DNA of 64,000 nucleotides from a candidate division FCPU426 bacterium (lineage in GTDB: Bacteria; Oederibacteriota; PGYV01; Palsa-1178), in contig CAWIXE010000001.1 of the NCBI GenBank assembly GCA_963840035.1, positions 224,001 through 288,000 of the forward strand, written 5' to 3'. This document shows, in pieces, positions 59,258 to 64,000 of the stretch (positions are counted from its first letter, which is position 1; every line of letters starts with the position of its first letter). The notes under the pieces are model-generated. The model searched no databases, was not told the DNA's origin, and was given only the letters and a program-made list of their open reading frames with translations. The position numbers and the translations under genes are program-made.

Positions 59258-61033
59258 TCACTTTTTAAAATGCTTTAAAACATTCTCACGCTGTTTTTTA
59301 TTGAGAAACTCAGCGCGAACTTCGTTGCCCTCTATGGCCTTAACCAGCTCGTCAAAGTCCTTAAACTCGTTGTAAATCCTGTACTTGGTCTTTTCCCCTA
59401 TCCCGGGTATCTCGTCAAACTCGGATTGCTTTAATTTTTTTGTCGCCAGGGTGGTACGGTGCGAATTCGCGAACCTGTGGGCCTCGTCGCGCACCCTCAT
59501 AAGCAGAAACCTTGCTTTTTCTTTTAAAGGAACCGGCTTGTTTTCATTGGGCCTGAAGACTTCCTCCTCGCGTTTTGCCAGGCCTATCACGGCGATGTCC
59601 ACGCCGACCCTGTCCAAAGCCTGCTTTGCCGCGTTAACCTGCCCCATTCCGCCGTCAATAAGTATAAGGTCGGGAAAATACTCCCCTTCCTGCTTTAACC
59701 TTGAGTACCTGCGCTCCACCACCTCGGCTACGGACGCGTAATCATCCACCTGCCCGACCGTCTTTATGTTGAAATGCCTGTATTCCTTTTTGTCCGGCTC
59801 GCCGTTTCTAAATACCACAAGCGACCCGACCATGTTATCCCCTGAGGAGTGCGATATGTCTATGCCTTCTATTGATTCCGGCATATACCCTATGCCAAGG
59901 GACTGCATTAATTCCTCCATCTGTATCAGGTTTTCCCTTTTGACATTTGTCTTTTTTTCCTCGAACTTTTCCTCGGCATTGGCTTTCTCGGAAAGGTTCT
60001 CGTCCACCATGTTCAGCAGCTGCGACGCCTTTTCAAACCTTATTTTTATATCTTTGCCTTTAAACACATAATTGATTATCTCCGGGCTGACGCTTCCCTC
60101 AGGCAGTATTATTTCGCCGGCCAGGGTTATGTTCCTGCCGTAATACTGCGCCAGGTATATCTCAAGCGGGCTTTCGTTCTCGGCCATGTTTTTAAATATG
60201 TTTATGGTCTTGCCCGTGAGCCTGCCGCGCCTGATGTTAAATACCCCGAAGTAGTAGGCATTGTTCTTAAAGATATAGCTTATGACGTCTATGTCCTTTT
60301 CCTCCGTCATTACAACTTTTTGTTCCTTCATTATCTCTTCCACTGCCTTTATGGCGTCGCGCGCCTCCGCAGCCTTCTCATATTTCTGCTCTTCGGCGTA
60401 CTTGTCCATAAGGCCTTTGAGTGTTTCCGTTACAGGTTCGTAATCCCCTTTAAGGAATTCCTTAACTTTTTCGATTGATGCCAGGTAATCCGCATCCTTT
60501 ATGAACCGCACGCACGGCGCCGTACAAAGGCCCGTGTCATAATATATGCACGGCCTGGATAGCGGCTTGCCTGAAAGGTCTATGGTGCACTGCCGCACTT
60601 TAAATATTCTGTATATGAGGTTCACAACCTTCTTCGCGTCAGCGGAAAAATAGGGGCCGAAGTATGTGTTTTTTTTGTTTTTTGTGTCGCGGGTAATATA
60701 CACGCCCGGATATTTATCCCCTGAAGTGACCATGATATACGGATATGATTTGTCGTCTTTGAGCAGGATGTTATACTTGGGTTTATGTTCTTTTATGAGG
60801 GTGTTTTCCAGGATGAAAGCTTCGAGTTCGTTGGTCGTGACTATGAAATCTATGTCCGCTATCTTTTCCGCGAGCTGCTCGGTCTTTATGTCCTTTTTGC
60901 CTTCGTTAAAGTAGGACCGCACCCTGTTGCGCAGCACCTTTGCCTTGCCAATGTAAATGACAGTGCCGCCCTTGTCCCTGTATATGTAAACTCCGGGTTT
61001 CTCCGGAAGTGAAGAAAGCTTGTCTTTGTCCAT
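59258..61033 (-). CDS. uvrC: Excinuclease ABC subunit C
   Basis: PGVYIY...IYIGKAKVLRNRVRSYF (GIY-YIG), YEKAAEARD (UVR), IEGIDISH, PDLILIDGG, RVRDEAHRFA, IPGIG (HhH). Confidence 0.97.
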   Translation of the reverse strand: MDKDKLSSLPEKPGVYIYRDKGGTVIYIGKAKVLRNRVRSYFNEGKKDIKTEQLAEKIADIDFIVTTNELEAFILENTLIKEHKPKYNILLKDDKSYPYIMVTSGDKYPGVYITRDTKNKKNTYFGPYFSADAKKVVNLIYRIFKVRQCTIDLSGKPLSRPCIYYDTGLCTAPCVRFIKDADYLASIEKVKEFLKGDYEPVTETLKGLMDKYAEEQKYEKAAEARDAIKAVEEIMKEQKVVMTEEKDIDVISYIFKNNAYYFGVFNIRRGRLTGKTINIFKNMAENESPLEIYLAQYYGRNITLAGEIILPEGSVSPEIINYVFKGKDIKIRFEKASQLLNMVDENLSEKANAEEKFEEKKTNVKRENLIQMEELMQSLGIGYMPESIEGIDISHSSGDNMVGSLVVFRNGEPDKKEYRHFNIKTVGQVDDYASVAEVVERRYSRLKQEGEYFPDLILIDGGMGQVNAAKQALDRVGVDIAVIGLAKREEEVFRPNENKPVPLKEKARFLLMRVRDEAHRFANSHRTTLATKKLKQSEFDEIPGIGEKTKYRIYNEFKDFDELVKAIEGNEVRAEFLNKKQRENVLKHFKK

Positions 61034-61138
61034 GTTTGCTCCAAAAACGTGATACGTGATATGTGCTAAGTGGTATGTGCTCCGATTTTGATCATATCTG
61101 ATTCCGTATCACTTGCCACATATCACGTATCACGTTTT

Positions 61139-61432
61139 TTACGCGAAGTACTGCTCCATCTCCTTCATGACTTCCTCTGCCGCGTGCTGGTTTTCGGCGT
61201 CAGTCGCGGAGCTCGTTACCTGTATTTTTAAATTAAACATGGCCTGCACGTTGGTTAAATCCACCATGAGCCCCATGGCGCCTTTTGAGGTCTCAATGCC
61301 GTTAAAAAACACCTTAACCTGCTGCCTGTTCTTCTCATGTTTCTGCACGACGCCTGTTAAACCGTTGCAGAAGCTCATTTTATTCTTTAAAGCGACATTC
61401 CTTTCAACTCCGGTTTCCCCGTGTGAGCTCAT
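61139..61432 (-). CDS. Small protein resembling a degenerate HPr/Crh fold
   Basis: VERNVALKNKMSF...VKVFFNG..TSKGAMGLM aligns by eye with HPr V.IKN..GLHARP...AKSIMGLM; SD GGAGG. Confidence 0.5.
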   Translation of the reverse strand: MSSHGETGVERNVALKNKMSFCNGLTGVVQKHEKNRQQVKVFFNGIETSKGAMGLMVDLTNVQAMFNLKIQVTSSATDAENQHAAEEVMKEMEQYFA

Positions 61433-61532
61433 CTTAACCTCCGATACGCTTGTGATAAGTGGTAAGTGGCGCGTGCTAAGTGGCTGTTTTTGAATTCACA
61501 TACCACATATCACATACCACTTATCACTCTAT

Positions 61533-62117
61533 TCATTCGTTTTCAAAGCACCTTCCCGGCATGTACTTCCTTAACTCCATCATTATATAATCAATCTCCT
61601 CTTTTTTCCACACCAAAGCGAACCTGTTGACCCGGCCCTCGTACTGAAAGGATATTGAGCCGACGCCGGTTAAACCTATCTTTCCGCTCTTTTCAGAGGG
61701 TGATATGTTTGTCTTATTCCTGCCAAGCTGAGTTATCGCGTTTACGTTATAAATCCTCGTCCATGCTATGCCAAGTATGTCGTTTTTTATTGTAAGATTG
61801 CCCTGCGATTTTATCACTATTTCCCTGCCAAAGAGCACCCATAAAACCACATAAAGCGCCCCTGCTTCCCCGAAAAACCAGCCTGTCAGCCAGACCATGA
61901 GGAAAATAACCGGGAGAACCGCGATTGGCCCGTCTTTGCCAAATCTTCCCAGCATCCCAAAAAGGGCGTGTAAAGCCGTATATCCGCCAGCGGTCCAGCC
62001 CGAGAGCCAGATGCAAAGGAATATTACCACGGGTAATAACGCCATGGAAAATGTCTTTGGCCTTATTATCATCTGATACCCGTTTACGTCTATTGTTGAG
62101 TTAAATGGCGCTTCCAT
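61533..62117 (-). CDS. Hypothetical two-TM membrane protein
   Basis: WLSGWTAG / WLTGWFFGE repeated helices, FGRE motif; SD GGAGG. Confidence 0.7.
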   Translation of the reverse strand: MEAPFNSTIDVNGYQMIIRPKTFSMALLPVVIFLCIWLSGWTAGGYTALHALFGMLGRFGKDGPIAVLPVIFLMVWLTGWFFGEAGALYVVLWVLFGREIVIKSQGNLTIKNDILGIAWTRIYNVNAITQLGRNKTNISPSEKSGKIGLTGVGSISFQYEGRVNRFALVWKKEEIDYIMMELRKYMPGRCFENE

Positions 62118-62394
62118 GCATCCTCCCGCAGATATATGTCAATTATACCCTATTTTTCCCGCCAATAAAACGCCTTTGTCTAAACCAAAAACCCTGCAGA
62201 AATGCCGGGCGGATGGTATCCGCCCGCTACAAATACAAAAACAAAGCACTTGTAGCGGGCGCATATCATGCGCCCGGGTTTTGTCTTTTAAGTAGAATCC
62301 TGCCGTAAGACCGGGTTAACGGTAATTTTTGAATTGTTTTTTTATCTATGTGTAGTATAATATAACTATCCAAATGAATGAAAGGCGGTGTATC

Positions 62395-62574
62395 ATGGCT
62401 GAAGAAGCAAAAAAAGTTGCAAAAGCGGAAGAGAAAATAGAAGTTGTGCCTGTCGAAGAAAAAAAGGTTTTCAAACAGGAAAAACCATGGGAAAAGTTCA
62501 AAAATAAGCAGAACGGCAAGAATTTCAAATCCCACGGTACCGCGCACATGAACAGAAGGACTGGCGGCGGATAG
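62395..62574 (+). CDS. Small charged hypothetical protein (59 aa)
   Basis: MAEEAKKVAK...RRTGGG*; SD AAAGGCGGTG; upstream TG-extended TATAAT; downstream terminator. Confidence 0.6.
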   Translation: MAEEAKKVAKAEEKIEVVPVEEKKVFKQEKPWEKFKNKQNGKNFKSHGTAHMNRRTGGG

Positions 62575-62590
62575 TACTTACGCTAATATT

Positions 62591-62625
62591 AAAAAAGCCG
62601 CGGGCAAAACCCGCGGCTTTTTTAA
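62591..62625. terminator. Bidirectional intrinsic terminator
   Basis: AAAAAAGCCGCGGG-CAAAA-CCCGCGGCTTTTTT between convergent genes. Confidence 0.85.
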
Positions 62626-62672
62626 TTGTAAATGGAAAGTTTGAATGTGTCAGTCTGACACCTTATTATTTC

Positions 62673-64000
62673 TCAGTTAAACTTAACCAAATTATAGAAT
62701 AATATCTTTTCATCCTCATTTAACGTTTTGTTAGTCTCTAGATCACGCACAAAAGATTCAATCTCGTCGATCAAAGGTTTTAATTCAACATGGTTATATG
62801 GCGGCTTGAATTCCATGTAAGTTTCACGTGCAAGATCTACATATCCATGAATATATTTTTTCTTAATATCATTGTTTTTTTCTCGCAGTATAGCTTCCCT
62901 TCCTAATTTAAAATATTCTTTGATGTGTCGTGTTTTGTCAAAACCTTGTACGGTACTTGTATCATGAGCTTGATAGGATTTCCAAGCATACGTTTCAGCA
63001 ATTTTTTTACGGACTATTTCAGAGTCATCAAACATATCACGCCGCATCAAATCCAAAAAAGTTTGATTATCACAAATAATATCCGAATTAGCATATGTGT
63101 ATTCTTTTGTGTTTGATTCTCTCCTTCCTTTTTCAATTATCTCATCAAGCTGTTTATTGTATTTCTTTTCTATCTCATGGTCAACAGGTTCACAACACCC
63201 GTTATGACTTCTTATCAACGACGCAGCTTTAATCATCATTTTCTGCTTATTTTGACTGCCTTTACCATACTCTTCAAGCAAAAACATTATCGAATGTTCC
63301 CTGTCGCGGTCAATTAATTCCGGTATTATCTCTGTACATACGTTTGAACTCTCTAAATAATTAAATAATACTTTTGCTGTTGTTGTATTTCCATAACCCA
63401 TATTCGTTAATACTGCGGCTGAAACTAATTCAGTAGCTTTGTCCCCGCTATACCAGGACATAAGTATCTTAGGAGATAGTTTTTGAGTCTTCCGTACTGA
63501 CGAAACGTAATTCAACAGATCACGAAACGACTTGCAATCACTCATATCAAAAACAGCACTGTATTCTTCTAACGGATCCTGTTTGTTTAAGATTCCCATA
63601 ATTTGCTTACATCTTTTTATTTCACTAATTAGTTGTTCTTTATTCATTTTTTCAATTTCCTCCACGCAACATCCACGATATATTGCGAGTAATGCCTTAA
63701 GAAACGTTATTTGATTATATTGGCCATAACTATTTTCTCCATAAAGGACTCGTTGAGTTTTTTCCAGAGCATCCGCGACAATAAATGAATTTGGGTTTGG
63801 AATATTCTCCCCAAATCGAGGCGGAAAACCACTGGTCTCTTTGCTTTTTAGTAATACGTAATCAATGACACGACTATAAAAGCTGGAAAGTTCGTTATGC
63901 TTGTTTTTTTTGAGATAAATTTCATCTTTTTGATTGATATAATCAGAATACCAGACAGCCTCAAAATAAATTTCTGCAAACGTCAAATCTACTACCAGGT
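62673..64000 (-). CDS. AT-rich hypothetical helical protein; 5' end lies outside the window
   Basis: Frame stays open to the window edge (...LVVDLTFAEIY); GC is much lower than the neighbouring genes. Confidence 0.65.
   Translation of the reverse strand, partial: LVVDLTFAEIYFEAVWYSDYINQKDEIYLKKNKHNELSSFYSRVIDYVLLKSKETSGFPPRFGENIPNPNSFIVADALEKTQRVLYGENSYGQYNQITFLKALLAIYRGCCVEEIEKMNKEQLISEIKRCKQIMGILNKQDPLEEYSAVFDMSDCKSFRDLLNYVSSVRKTQKLSPKILMSWYSGDKATELVSAAVLTNMGYGNTTTAKVLFNYLESSNVCTEIIPELIDRDREHSIMFLLEEYGKGSQNKQKMMIKAASLIRSHNGCCEPVDHEIEKKYNKQLDEIIEKGRRESNTKEYTYANSDIICDNQTFLDLMRRDMFDDSEIVRKKIAETYAWKSYQAHDTSTVQGFDKTRHIKEYFKLGREAILREKNNDIKKKYIHGYVDLARETYMEFKPPYNHVELKPLIDEIESFVRDLETNKTLNEDEKILFYNLVKFN

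Overview
Bacterial chromosomal window with almost every gene on the minus strand. From left to right it holds: (1) an AT-rich defence-like islet (OLD-family ATPase/TOPRIM nuclease plus a nucleoside-deoxyribosyltransferase/TIR-like effector); (2) small membrane proteins; (3) an IS30 element with an unusually long 14-15 bp flanking duplication; (4) accessory and housekeeping genes (DUF3109-like, two SRPBCC, M23 peptidase, glgB); (5) a ~32 kb block of secreted Thr-rich modular proteins, most ending in a FlgD-Ig/T9SS-A-like C-terminal domain, including a GH9 glycosidase, a 2,306-aa protein and a ~5,400-aa protein split by two 1-nt indels; (6) a sigma54-promoter-led operon encoding a tiny HTH protein and a sigma70 fragment with only regions 1.2-2; (7) an NtrC-type regulator, a STAS protein, a GH31-like lipoprotein missing its catalytic core, a histidine kinase, uvrC and a degenerate HPr-like protein. 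Intergenic DNA is dense with several palindromic repeat families, including an 8 x 94-95 bp hairpin array, a perfect (GTTGTTC)51 tract and a duplicated 201-bp TIR element. I recognised no CRISPR array, tRNA, rRNA or reverse transcriptase. The protein style is reminiscent of Ca. Goldbacteria-like lineages (inference only). All family calls are by eye, with no database search.
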